The notes under the pieces: model-generated
The model's database searches: none
The model's input: the letters and a program-made list of their open reading frames with translations, nothing else
Told to the model about the DNA's origin: nothing
Program-made: the position numbers and the translations under genes
Assembly: GCA_026395965.1 (NCBI GenBank)
Contig: JAPLXS010000006.1
Location: 10,851 to 74,850, forward strand
Direction: 5' to 3'
Source of the DNA: Candidatus Nomurabacteria bacterium
Lineage (GTDB): Bacteria; Patescibacteriota; Minisyncoccia; Phycocordibacterales; UBA9973
Length of the DNA stretch: 64,000 nt
Shown here: one piece after another, positions 30,688 through 39,634 of the stretch
Position numbering within the stretch: the stretch's first letter is position 1
Layout: each line of letters starts with the position of its first letter

Positions 30688-31711
30688 CTGTATTCAATAA
30701 AACTTCTACATAAGAATCAAATTCATCAAGTATAACACCTGTACCACGAGCAACTGCAGTAAGAGGATCTTCGGCTACATATATTGGTATTTTAATTGCA
30801 TTTTGTATCATAACATCAAGACCACGTAGCAAAGCTCCTCCACCTGAGAGAACTAAACCTCGATGAATAATATCTGAAAGTAATTCTGGTGGTGTTGTTT
30901 CTAAAACTTCTTTGATTCCATCAACTAGACTCAAAATTGAAGGCATAATAGCTTCACGAATATCTGAATCTGTCACTATCACCTGACGTGGTAAACCTGT
31001 TACCAAATCTCTTCCTCTGACTTCAGCTTCCATAGGAGTACCTTCTATAACTCCACCTATAGCTATCTTTATGCTTTCAGCAGTTCTCTCTCCTATTAAA
31101 AGTTTGAACTCATCTTTCATGTAATTTACAATATTTGTATTGAGTAAATCTCCAGCAATTTTAATATTCTTTGAACGAACTACACCAGACAGAGCAATAA
31201 CTGCTACGTCAGTAGTTCCTCCACCTATATCTACTATCACAGAACCAACTGCGTCCATAACTGGTAATCTTATTCCAATAGCAGCAGACATAGGTTCTTC
31301 TATGATATAGACCTCTCTTGCTCCTGCAGATCGAGCTGCATCTTCTACTGCCCTTATTTCAACATTTGTAATACCTGTTGGCACTCCCACAATAACTCTA
31401 GGCCGAATAAATTTCTTTGATATTTTCTCAGTTTTATTTATAAGATAACTTAGCATTTCTTCTGTAACCTCAAAATCAGAAATAACACCATCTACAATGG
31501 GACGAACGGCGCGAATGTGTCCTGGAGTACGCCCAAGCATTTGTTTAGCTTCAGCTCCTACTGCCACTATCTGACCAGTTTTTTGATTCACGACAACCAC
31601 ACTTGGCTCATTTATTATGATTCCATGACCTTTCAAATAAACCAAAGTATTGGCTGTTCCTAAATCTATACCTATATCGTTCGAAAACATTTTGTAGAAT
31701 TTTTTAAACAT
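30665..31711 (-). CDS. mreB: Rod shape-determining protein MreB (start moved to MFKKFY)
   Basis: IGIDLGTANT, DIGGGTT, SGGGALL. Confidence 0.96.
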   Translation of the reverse strand: MFKKFYKMFSNDIGIDLGTANTLVYLKGHGIIINEPSVVVVNQKTGQIVAVGAEAKQMLGRTPGHIRAVRPIVDGVISDFEVTEEMLSYLINKTEKISKKFIRPRVIVGVPTGITNVEIRAVEDAARSAGAREVYIIEEPMSAAIGIRLPVMDAVGSVIVDIGGGTTDVAVIALSGVVRSKNIKIAGDLLNTNIVNYMKDEFKLLIGERTAESIKIAIGGVIEGTPMEAEVRGRDLVTGLPRQVIVTDSDIREAIMPSILSLVDGIKEVLETTPPELLSDIIHRGLVLSGGGALLRGLDVMIQNAIKIPIYVAEDPLTAVARGTGVILDEFDSYVEVLLNTDDISVPR

Positions 31712-31715
31712 AATT

Positions 31716-33161
31716 TTAGTATGACTTCGCAAAGATAACTCTACCGTTTGAGGGTTTACCTGATTTAATACACACGCCAGATTCTTCAACTTGATCAAAA
31801 GGAATACAACGAACAGTTGCTCCTGTTTCTTTTTTTATTTCTTCTTCAACATCAGCACTACCAGAATAGTGTGCTCTTACAAATTTACCTGATTCAATAG
31901 CCTTAATAAAGTCTTCCCAACTATCTACTGATATTGTGTTTTCTACAAGACGATTATTGGCTTGCTCAAAAAGATTATTTTGAATTAATTCGAGAGTACT
32001 TACAACTGCTTCATTTAAATCTGGAAGTGATACAGTTTTCTTTTCTCCAGTATCTCTACGAACTATAACAACTGTATTACTAGCTAAATCCTTTGGTCCG
32101 ATTTCTATACGAAGAGGAATACCTTTTTTCTCCCATTCATAATATTTTTCACCTGGACGAATATTTCTATCGTCTAGTTTTGAACTAATACCCACCAACC
32201 TTAGATTAGAAAAAACAGTTTGTGATTCTTCCATAACCAATTGCTTGTCCCATTCTTTTGGAACAATAGGAACAATCACAACTTGAGTAGGAGCAATTTT
32301 AGGAGGTAATACCAATCCTTTATCGTCACTATGAGTCATAATAAGACCACCAATAACACGAGTAGATAGACCCCAACTAGTCTGCCATCCGTATTGCTTA
32401 GTACCTGATTCATCTAAAAAATTTACATCGAATGCTTTAGCAAAATTTTGTCCAAGATTGTGTGAAGTAGAAAATTGTAAAGCTTTTCCGTCTTGCATCA
32501 TTGCCTCTATAGTATAAGTATCTTTTGCTCCTGCAAACTTTTCTGATTCTGACTTTCTTCCTGGAATAACTGGGATAGCCATATAATTTTCTGCAAAATC
32601 TTTATAAATATTCAACATCATAAGTACACGATTTTGAGCTTCCTCTTCAGTACTATGAACAGTGTGCCCTTCTTGCCAAAGAAATTCTGTTGTACGAAGA
32701 AACAAGCGTGTTCGCATTTCCCATCTTATAACATTCGCCCATTGATTTATTAAAAGTGGTAGATCTCTATGTGAACGAATCCATTTTGAAAAAACTTCGT
32801 ACATAATAGTTTCTGAAGTCGGGCGAAGAATTAGGGGTTCTTCCAATTTTTTACCACCGGCATGAGTAACAACAGCAACTTCAGGAGCAAAACCTTCTAT
32901 ATGACTTTCTTCACGCTTAAGAAGCCTCTCTGGGATAAGCATAGGAAAGTAAGCATTCTCTACTCCAGTTGCTTTGAATTTTTCATCGAGTATTTTTTGA
33001 GTTTTTTCCCATAATGCATATCCACAAGGTTTAATAATCATGCATCCTTTTACAGGAGAATTTTCAGCTAATTGCGCTGCTTCTATAACATCCAAATACC
33101 ACTGACTGTAATCTACAGCCCTGCTAGTAATCTTTTTTTCATCATTTTTAGTTTGTTCCAT
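31716..33161 (-). CDS. proS: Prolyl-tRNA synthetase, archaeal/eukaryote-like type
   Basis: LRPTSET, FLRTTEFLWQEGH, C-terminal FAKSY. Confidence 0.95.
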   Translation of the reverse strand: MEQTKNDEKKITSRAVDYSQWYLDVIEAAQLAENSPVKGCMIIKPCGYALWEKTQKILDEKFKATGVENAYFPMLIPERLLKREESHIEGFAPEVAVVTHAGGKKLEEPLILRPTSETIMYEVFSKWIRSHRDLPLLINQWANVIRWEMRTRLFLRTTEFLWQEGHTVHSTEEEAQNRVLMMLNIYKDFAENYMAIPVIPGRKSESEKFAGAKDTYTIEAMMQDGKALQFSTSHNLGQNFAKAFDVNFLDESGTKQYGWQTSWGLSTRVIGGLIMTHSDDKGLVLPPKIAPTQVVIVPIVPKEWDKQLVMEESQTVFSNLRLVGISSKLDDRNIRPGEKYYEWEKKGIPLRIEIGPKDLASNTVVIVRRDTGEKKTVSLPDLNEAVVSTLELIQNNLFEQANNRLVENTISVDSWEDFIKAIESGKFVRAHYSGSADVEEEIKKETGATVRCIPFDQVEESGVCIKSGKPSNGRVIFAKSY

Positions 33162-33247
33162 ATATAATGCCCATATTACCCTAAAATCAGTCTCCCGTCA
33201 AAAATAAGAGTTTGCTAAATAATGGTTTTTCTGTTATTATATCTCTA

Positions 33248-33315
33248 CGTTCCGTGAGGGATTTTTTAATTTAAAATTACCTTGTAGATGAGCTGGAATG
33301 CTTAAAAACGGAGCT
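33248..33315 (+). promoter_or_regulatory. Structured rpsB 5' leader, possible S2 autoregulatory site
   Basis: ttccgt/acggag outer helix enclosing two hairpins in a long UTR. Confidence 0.35.
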
Positions 33316-33357
33316 TTTATAAATAAACCCCAATGGGGACTAATTAATCATAGATAT

Positions 33358-34053
33358 ATGAGTACACAAAACACAACAGAGGAAATGTTCAAAGCAGGAG
33401 TTCATTACGGTTATTCTAAAAGTCGCAGACACCCATCAACATTACAATATGTTTTCACTACAAAGAACGGAGTAGATATAATCAATATCGAAAAAACAGA
33501 AGAGCTTTTAAATAAAGCTTTAGAAAACATAACAAAATTAGCAGCAAGTGGAAAAACAATTTTATTTGTAGGTACAAAACCTGAAGCTCGTCAACAAATT
33601 GTTGAAACAGCTCTTTCTCTTAACATGCCATACGTTTCAGAACGTTGGGTAGGAGGTGCACTTACAAATTTTCCAGAAATAAAGAAAAGAATCACTAAAC
33701 TACTTTCTCTTCGTGATCAAAAAGAAAAAGGTGAACTTGAAAAATACACTAAAAAAGAAAGACTTCTAATAGACCGCGAAATGGCTGATATGACAAAAAA
33801 CTTTCAAGGATTAACAGGTATAACTCGTACTCCAGATGTTATGTTTGTTATTGACCCTAAAAAAGAATTAATTGCAGTAACAGAAGCTAAAAAAATGAAT
33901 CTTCCTGTTATCGGAATATTGAATACAGACTGTAATCTAAAACAAGTAGACTTCCCTATCGTGGCTAACGATGCATCAGTCTCAAGTATTTCTTTCTTCT
34001 TAGAAAAAGTAAAAGAAGCTTACAATAAAGGTGCGGCAGGTCTTACTAAATAA
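33358..34053 (+). CDS. rpsB: 30S ribosomal protein S2 (start moved to MSTQN)
   Basis: AGVHYG, LFVGTK, RWVGGALTN, ANDAS. Confidence 0.96.
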   Translation: MSTQNTTEEMFKAGVHYGYSKSRRHPSTLQYVFTTKNGVDIINIEKTEELLNKALENITKLAASGKTILFVGTKPEARQQIVETALSLNMPYVSERWVGGALTNFPEIKKRITKLLSLRDQKEKGELEKYTKKERLLIDREMADMTKNFQGLTGITRTPDVMFVIDPKKELIAVTEAKKMNLPVIGILNTDCNLKQVDFPIVANDASVSSISFFLEKVKEAYNKGAAGLTK

Positions 34054-34081
34054 TTAACATGCCATCTGGCAGATTTAAAAT

Positions 34082-34864
34082 ATGTCTACAACAATAACAG
34101 CACAATTGGTAAAAGATTTAAGAGATAGAACTGGAGTTTCTGTAATGCAATGTAAAAATGCATTAGAAGAAGCAGAGGGTGATATGGAAAAAGCACTTAT
34201 TATACTCAAGAAAAAATCTAGTAGTATTGCTATGAAAAAGGCTGACCGTATAGCAAATGATGGAACAATAATAGTAAAAGAAGCTGATGGTAAAGCACTA
34301 TTACTTGTTCTTAACTCCGAAACAGATTTCGTAGCTAAAAACAACGACTTTACTGAACTAGCAAATAAATTGGCTGATCTAGCAATAACAGAAGGAATAG
34401 AAGCAATGAAAGCTAAATCAGTAGATATGATAAATCAAACTGTACAAAAAGTTGGAGAAAAAATTGAACTTGGAAAAGTTGAAGAAATAACAGGAGCAGT
34501 TGTTGCTAGTTATGTTCACAACAACAAAAGTGCAGTAGTAGTATCTCTATCTGCTGGTACAAAAGAGCTTGCTCGTGATATAGCTATGCATATCGCTGCT
34601 ATGAAGCCCGTATTTACAACAAGAGAAGAAATAACAGAAGATGACAAGAAAAAAGTTGTAGAAGTTTTTGAAAAAGAAGTTGCAGAATCAGATAAACCAG
34701 AAGAAATAAAAAAGAAAATGCTTGAAGGAAAGATTTCTACTTATTTCAAAGAACAAACTCTTATGGATCAACCTTACATAAAGAATTCTGAACTAACAGT
34801 AGAAGCTCTACTAAAAAATAACAACGCTGTTTTGTCTTCTTTCACATACGAATCCATTAATTAA
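34082..34864 (+). CDS. tsf: Elongation factor Ts
   Basis: VKDLRDRTG, NSETDFVAKN, IAMHIAA. Confidence 0.96.
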   Translation: MSTTITAQLVKDLRDRTGVSVMQCKNALEEAEGDMEKALIILKKKSSSIAMKKADRIANDGTIIVKEADGKALLLVLNSETDFVAKNNDFTELANKLADLAITEGIEAMKAKSVDMINQTVQKVGEKIELGKVEEITGAVVASYVHNNKSAVVVSLSAGTKELARDIAMHIAAMKPVFTTREEITEDDKKKVVEVFEKEVAESDKPEEIKKKMLEGKISTYFKEQTLMDQPYIKNSELTVEALLKNNNAVLSSFTYESIN

Positions 34865-34867
34865 TAT

Positions 34868-35266
34868 ATGTTTCTAATTATTCTTATTTTTTTAATAGCA
34901 ATAATATCTTTATTTACAATGATGATGTTTCGAGCATGGGAAATCGAAACATCACGCATTGAAAGACCAGACTCTTCTAAACAGATTGTTCCGGAGCTAT
35001 CTTTTCGTTATATTGAAAAAATAATACTTTATTTAGTTAAACATATACTACAATCAATAGTATTGATGTTAGTAAAAACTTGGTTTATTGTTATTACAAA
35101 AACAAAAAAATGGACAAAAAAGAATTTACCTAAAATAGCAAAATTCTTTAAAAAGAAATCAAAAGATTTAGAGAAACAAAGAGATTCATTTGTAAGAAGA
35201 GCGATCATTGAATCAAAAACAAAAATTAAACGTATAAAGGAAAAGGTAAGAAAGGAACATGAATAA
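34868..35266 (+). CDS. Hypothetical membrane protein
   Basis: N-terminal TM and basic tail; 3 nt after tsf. Confidence 0.65.
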   Translation: MFLIILIFLIAIISLFTMMMFRAWEIETSRIERPDSSKQIVPELSFRYIEKIILYLVKHILQSIVLMLVKTWFIVITKTKKWTKKNLPKIAKFFKKKSKDLEKQRDSFVRRAIIESKTKIKRIKEKVRKEHE

Positions 35267-35428
35267 TAAGGGTTTGGCAGAATAATCATAATATGATATA
35301 GTAGATTTAGTTTTAAGAAGGTTAAGTAAGTTTTAAATATAGGCATATATTATATGACGGCATAGCTGTCTTGGTGGACAAGACACAAAGTCTGGTAATA
35401 AAAAGTTATTTCAAGTTATATATAGTTT

Positions 35429-35501
35429 GCCGGCATAGCTCAGTTGGTAGAGCGCCACTTTTGTAAAGTGGATGTCCGGGGTTCGAATCCTCGTGCCGGC
35501 T
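35429..35501 (+). tRNA. tRNA-Thr(TGT); discriminator U; CCA not encoded
   Basis: Cloverleaf gccggca...tgccggct, anticodon loop tt-tgt-aa, TTCGAAT T-loop. Confidence 0.96.
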
Positions 35502-35538
35502 CCCGAAGAAAAAACACCCTAAACGGGTGTTTTTTCTT

Positions 35539-35654
35539 GGCACGAGGATTCGAAAGACGGAGGCTGTCGAGCCGAGTCACCCAGTAGGTCAATCTACTGA
35601 TTGAGGATCGCGCAAAAATTCAGTAGAATTTTATGCGTGATGATTCCTCGTGTC
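35539..35654. repeat. tRNA-Thr 3'-derived inverted-repeat element
   Basis: ggcacgaggattcgaa is the reverse complement of tRNA 35482-35497; degenerate direct copy attcctcgtgtc at 35643. Confidence 0.75.
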
Positions 35655-35836
35655 TATCCCCTACAGACGATGTGCACGTAAGTCAATCTACTGATTTGAC
35701 CCATAGGGTGATTCTGTTGAATCAATGTCGCGAATTTTTTCAGTAGAAAATTATGAATCTCAATTACTCATACCTTTTTCCAAATAAAAAATCGCTAGTG
35801 AATAGAGATTTTCTATCCAACTAGCGATTATATTTT

Positions 35837-36250
35837 TTAGCAAGTTGTCATGTTTTTTTTAATGTGATCTTCAAAAAACATGGTATACATTTGGTGAACT
35901 TGTAGAACGTGTTGATTTTTATCATTTAGTATTCCTTTGAATGCTTCATCGGTTAGAACTAAATAACAATGAACACGATCTTCTTTAATAACATCAATAA
36001 TGAATACACAAAGAAGATCTCCCTCAGATTCATCCTTTACAGTAAATAATTGATCAAGCGGTTTCTCTCCGAACTCAAATCTATCTTCTCCGTAACCATA
36101 ATTTCTCTTAGATCTGTAAATCGTAAAGATTTTTTTTAAACCAAAACCAGATCCATAATTAGCTTGGTACTCTGCAATAGATAAAGACGGCTTGATTTCA
36201 AGTAGTCCGCTTGGATTTTCTACAATAATATTTTTAATACTTGCTTTCAT
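35837..36250 (-). CDS. Hypothetical protein
   Basis: 137-aa ORF with a clear promoter and structured leader. Confidence 0.65.
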   Translation of the reverse strand: MKASIKNIIVENPSGLLEIKPSLSIAEYQANYGSGFGLKKIFTIYRSKRNYGYGEDRFEFGEKPLDQLFTVKDESEGDLLCVFIIDVIKEDRVHCYLVLTDEAFKGILNDKNQHVLQVHQMYTMFFEDHIKKNMTTC

Positions 36251-36279
36251 TTTTTTTGATTTTTAAATTGTTAGATTTT

Positions 36280-36401
36280 TTTATTAAGTTATTTCAATCT
36301 CCTTAAAGAAACTGAAATAACTTAATAAACAATAGCAATTAAATCAAAATATCAAAGAACTATACTTTTTATAGTATATCACATTAGTGTGTATTTGTCA
36401 A
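36280..36401 (-). promoter_or_regulatory. Sigma70 promoter, boxA-like motif and 23-bp hairpin leader (copy 2)
   Basis: TTGACA..TGaTATACT; gttctttgatat; hairpin similar to 14280-14329. Confidence 0.65.
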
Positions 36402-36495
36402 TACTAAATATCCCTATACAATAAGGATTAATTAATATTCTATTACCCTCCCCCCACTAAAAACTCCGCGCCCAATGGCTCGGAGTTTTTATATT

Positions 36496-37248
36496 TTATT
36501 GAGTTACTGTATTTGCTGTAGTTTCTACTGTTTTGATTATATTCTTTATTGCGTCGGTTGCACTAGTTTTTGGCTTTGGAACTATAGCCTTTGGTTTGAT
36601 ACTTTCTAGCTGTGGAAAAGTTTTTTCTATCTCTTCCACTGTCTTAAATCCGCTATATACTTTACCGTTTATAACAATAGCTGGTAGATTATCTGGAACT
36701 TTATATATAGATCTCATGGCGCGAATTGCAGATATATCTAAGTTGTAATCAAAAGAATAAACACGCAAATTCGGGTAATTTTCTCTTAGACTAGTAAGTA
36801 CATAACCTTGCTTTGTACAAGCATCACAGTTGTCATTTTTGTAGAAATATAAAATAAAAATTGGTTTTTGACCGCATCTTTCTGTTATCTTTTTCATTAA
36901 CAAATAATCTTTTATTTCAAGTAGAGAATAATATTTCTTTAGACTGATAACGTCTACATTTTCTGTTCCTATATTATTTTCACTATATGAAATCTTGTCT
37001 GCTAGTGAATTTAATTCAGAAGACAATACTGTAGTTGATACATCTTTGCATGAAAGCTCTTCAAGTAAAGAAAATTGGGTTTCAGATGACATAAGGTCTA
37101 AAGAAATAGAACTTTCAATAGATTTAAGTTGGTCGATTTTTTTATTACTGAAGTAATTTGAAAGCCACAAACCAGATATAAATATCGAGGATGTTATAAA
37201 TAAAACTATAGTATATTTTTTCCAATCGTTTGGTTCGTGTTTGTGCAT
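36496..37248 (-). CDS. Membrane-anchored protein with C-terminal thioredoxin-like CxxC domain
   Basis: TM helix, coiled region, YFY..CDAC, LPAIVING; follows the GT2 gene. Confidence 0.7.
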   Translation of the reverse strand: MHKHEPNDWKKYTIVLFITSSIFISGLWLSNYFSNKKIDQLKSIESSISLDLMSSETQFSLLEELSCKDVSTTVLSSELNSLADKISYSENNIGTENVDVISLKKYYSLLEIKDYLLMKKITERCGQKPIFILYFYKNDNCDACTKQGYVLTSLRENYPNLRVYSFDYNLDISAIRAMRSIYKVPDNLPAIVINGKVYSGFKTVEEIEKTFPQLESIKPKAIVPKPKTSATDAIKNIIKTVETTANTVTQ

Positions 37249-37258
37249 AATTATGTGT

Positions 37259-38527
37259 TTATTTGGTAACACGACGTTCAAATGTCCAACTGGACTCCTT
37301 GGATATAATTGCGTTATATATAGCTCTTATCATCCAAAACGGCGCTATCACACTGTAAATTATAATAAAGTATATGATTGAAAAAGAAAAACTGGACTTA
37401 CCTTCTGCCATCTTTCTGCCAATCATTACAGATACAATGACTAGTATATACAAAATTATTGATAAGAACAATACTGCTTTTGTACTAACAAAGAACCAGT
37501 CAAACTTGTAGTGAAAGCTTAAAGCATTATTAAATCCAATAGTTTGTATTTGTACTATTTTGTGATAGAAAAAACTAATCACATTTGCAATTATATTTGT
37601 AAATAAAAAAATAACACCTATGATAGAAACTAGACCAGACGGTAAAGTAAACAATGCAACCGTTCCGTACTCCTTTTTAAATAAAAGTCTTCTGTAATCT
37701 ATAAGATTCTTTATAAAGCCATATATCCATCGTAAACGCTGACGGTAAAGCTTTGCTACTGAGTCAGGTGTATTTGTATAAACATAAGCATCTGGGCAGT
37801 GGTCTATCTTGTATCCATGCTCTTGCATACGCAATGCTATCTCTTGATCTTCGGTATTGTGAGCCTTATGATAAGGTCCAAGCTCATCAAACACTCTTTT
37901 TCTAAAAATAGAAAAAGGTCCGGGAGTCACATGAATTCCGCCCATAAATCCAAGCATTTTCTTTGTATAAATAGACATATCATATTCTACATTTTGAGCA
38001 TATTGAAGAATATTTTTAGGATTATAAACAACGATAGAAGGAGCTACTGCCATAGTAGTTAGATCATTTTGGAAATAACTTATTATTCGAATTAGAGCTT
38101 GAGGATGTACGAGTGAATCAGAATCCAAACAACCAAAAAATTCAGATGTAGTATTTTCTAAAGCTAGATTGAGTGCTGTGTGTTTTCCTCCATTTTCTTT
38201 TTTATATGCAAAGATATTTGAACCGTTATCAAATGCTTTTATTATATTCCATGTATTATCACGACTACCATCATCTATTAAAAATATTTTTATTTTATCT
38301 TTTGGATAATCTAGAGAAAGTAAAGATTTAACAGTTTTATCTATAGTTGCTTCTTCATTGTAACAAGGTACAGCAATAGTAACAGTTGGATAATCAAGTA
38401 ACACTAAGTTATCTGGATGTTTAATAATATGACGTTTCTTTTCAAAATATGTCATTAAAAAAAACACCTGTACATATACAGAAATGAAAGAAAATACATA
38501 AAATATAACTGTAAAAACTGGTTCCAT
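37259..38527 (-). CDS. Processive GT2 glycosyltransferase (PgaC/IcaA-like)
   Basis: PCYNE, DDGSRD, GGKH, DSD, TED, QRLRW. Confidence 0.9.
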   Translation of the reverse strand: MEPVFTVIFYVFSFISVYVQVFFLMTYFEKKRHIIKHPDNLVLLDYPTVTIAVPCYNEEATIDKTVKSLLSLDYPKDKIKIFLIDDGSRDNTWNIIKAFDNGSNIFAYKKENGGKHTALNLALENTTSEFFGCLDSDSLVHPQALIRIISYFQNDLTTMAVAPSIVVYNPKNILQYAQNVEYDMSIYTKKMLGFMGGIHVTPGPFSIFRKRVFDELGPYHKAHNTEDQEIALRMQEHGYKIDHCPDAYVYTNTPDSVAKLYRQRLRWIYGFIKNLIDYRRLLFKKEYGTVALFTLPSGLVSIIGVIFLFTNIIANVISFFYHKIVQIQTIGFNNALSFHYKFDWFFVSTKAVLFLSIILYILVIVSVMIGRKMAEGKSSFSFSIIYFIIIYSVIAPFWMIRAIYNAIISKESSWTFERRVTK

Positions 38528-38718
38528 AATTACAAGTAGTATACCATATTATCTATATTTTTCAACATAATTTTATTGTTATAAAAAAAATGATTTATGA
38601 TATAATAATCTCACATATTAAATGCTTATGGTTATATAATAAACATTTAATATGTAAAAGTTATATTTTTATTATTTAATTTAAGTAAATCTTTTTAATA
38701 AGATTACTTTTTAACAAA

Positions 38719-39450
38719 ATGGAAAAAGAAAACAAAGATCAAGAAGAAAAAGACCAAGCACAATCAAAACTTTCAACACCAGTTGCTATCATTATAGCTG
38801 GTGCACTTATAATGGGTGGTATTTTATTGACAAATAGTGGAGCTAAAGTAGCATCAAAAGACAAAACATTATCAGAACAAGTTGGAGTAAATAAAGAAAA
38901 ATTTGCACAATGTGTAAAAGATACTGATCCACAAGCATTGAGAGAAATAACAAATACTAGTGCTGAAAGTGCAATGAAAGGAGTACCAGCAGATCAACGT
39001 GGTACACCATATATTGTTATTGTCGGAAGCAATGGATCTAAAGCTGAAGTTCGTGGAGCTCAACCAATAGAAGAAGTTAGAAAACTTATTGCTGAAGTTT
39101 CAGCTGGAAAAGTTACTACAAAATACACAGGAGAAATACCTGCTGTTACTGCAGATGACCATATAATAGGTAGTATTAGTGCACCAATAACAATAGTTGA
39201 ATACTCCGACTTAGAATGTCCTTTCTGTAAGAGATTTGGTGGAACTGCTAAGCAACTAGTTGCTGAATCAAATGGTAATGTAGCTTGGGTATATCGTCAT
39301 TGGGTTGTTCACCAAGGTGCCCTTCCAAAAGCTGTAGCTGCTGAATGTGTAGCTAAACTTAAAGGAAATGATGCATTCTGGAAATATGTTGATCTAGTAT
39401 TTGGATTAATGAAAACAGAAGAAGATACTTCTGCAGCAAGCAATCTATAA
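38719..39450 (+). CDS. DsbA/BdbD-like oxidoreductase, apparently circularly permuted
   Basis: GTP..GAQP segment precedes the DHIIG..EYSDLECPFC segment. Confidence 0.8.
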   Translation: MEKENKDQEEKDQAQSKLSTPVAIIIAGALIMGGILLTNSGAKVASKDKTLSEQVGVNKEKFAQCVKDTDPQALREITNTSAESAMKGVPADQRGTPYIVIVGSNGSKAEVRGAQPIEEVRKLIAEVSAGKVTTKYTGEIPAVTADDHIIGSISAPITIVEYSDLECPFCKRFGGTAKQLVAESNGNVAWVYRHWVVHQGALPKAVAAECVAKLKGNDAFWKYVDLVFGLMKTEEDTSAASNL

Positions 39451-39460
39451 AATAAATAGC

Positions 39461-39604
39461 AAAATTAAAACAGCCATGCATTGCATGGCTGTTTTAATTT
39501 TGAAGTATATCTTTACCGGTCTAAACCCATGGGTTTAGACCGGTAAAGATTATTATTAAATAAAAAAAATGGTTGGATGTCTAAGGAAGACGTCCAACCA
39601 CTTT
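39461..39604. repeat. Three tandem palindromes between dsbA and rpoD
   Basis: 39461-39501 hairpin; perfect 42-bp palindrome 39509-39550; family A tggttggatgtct-aagga-agacgtccaacca 39570-39600. Confidence 0.85.
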
Positions 39605-39634
39605 TAACCACTTTTTTATTTAAGGTATTATTAT

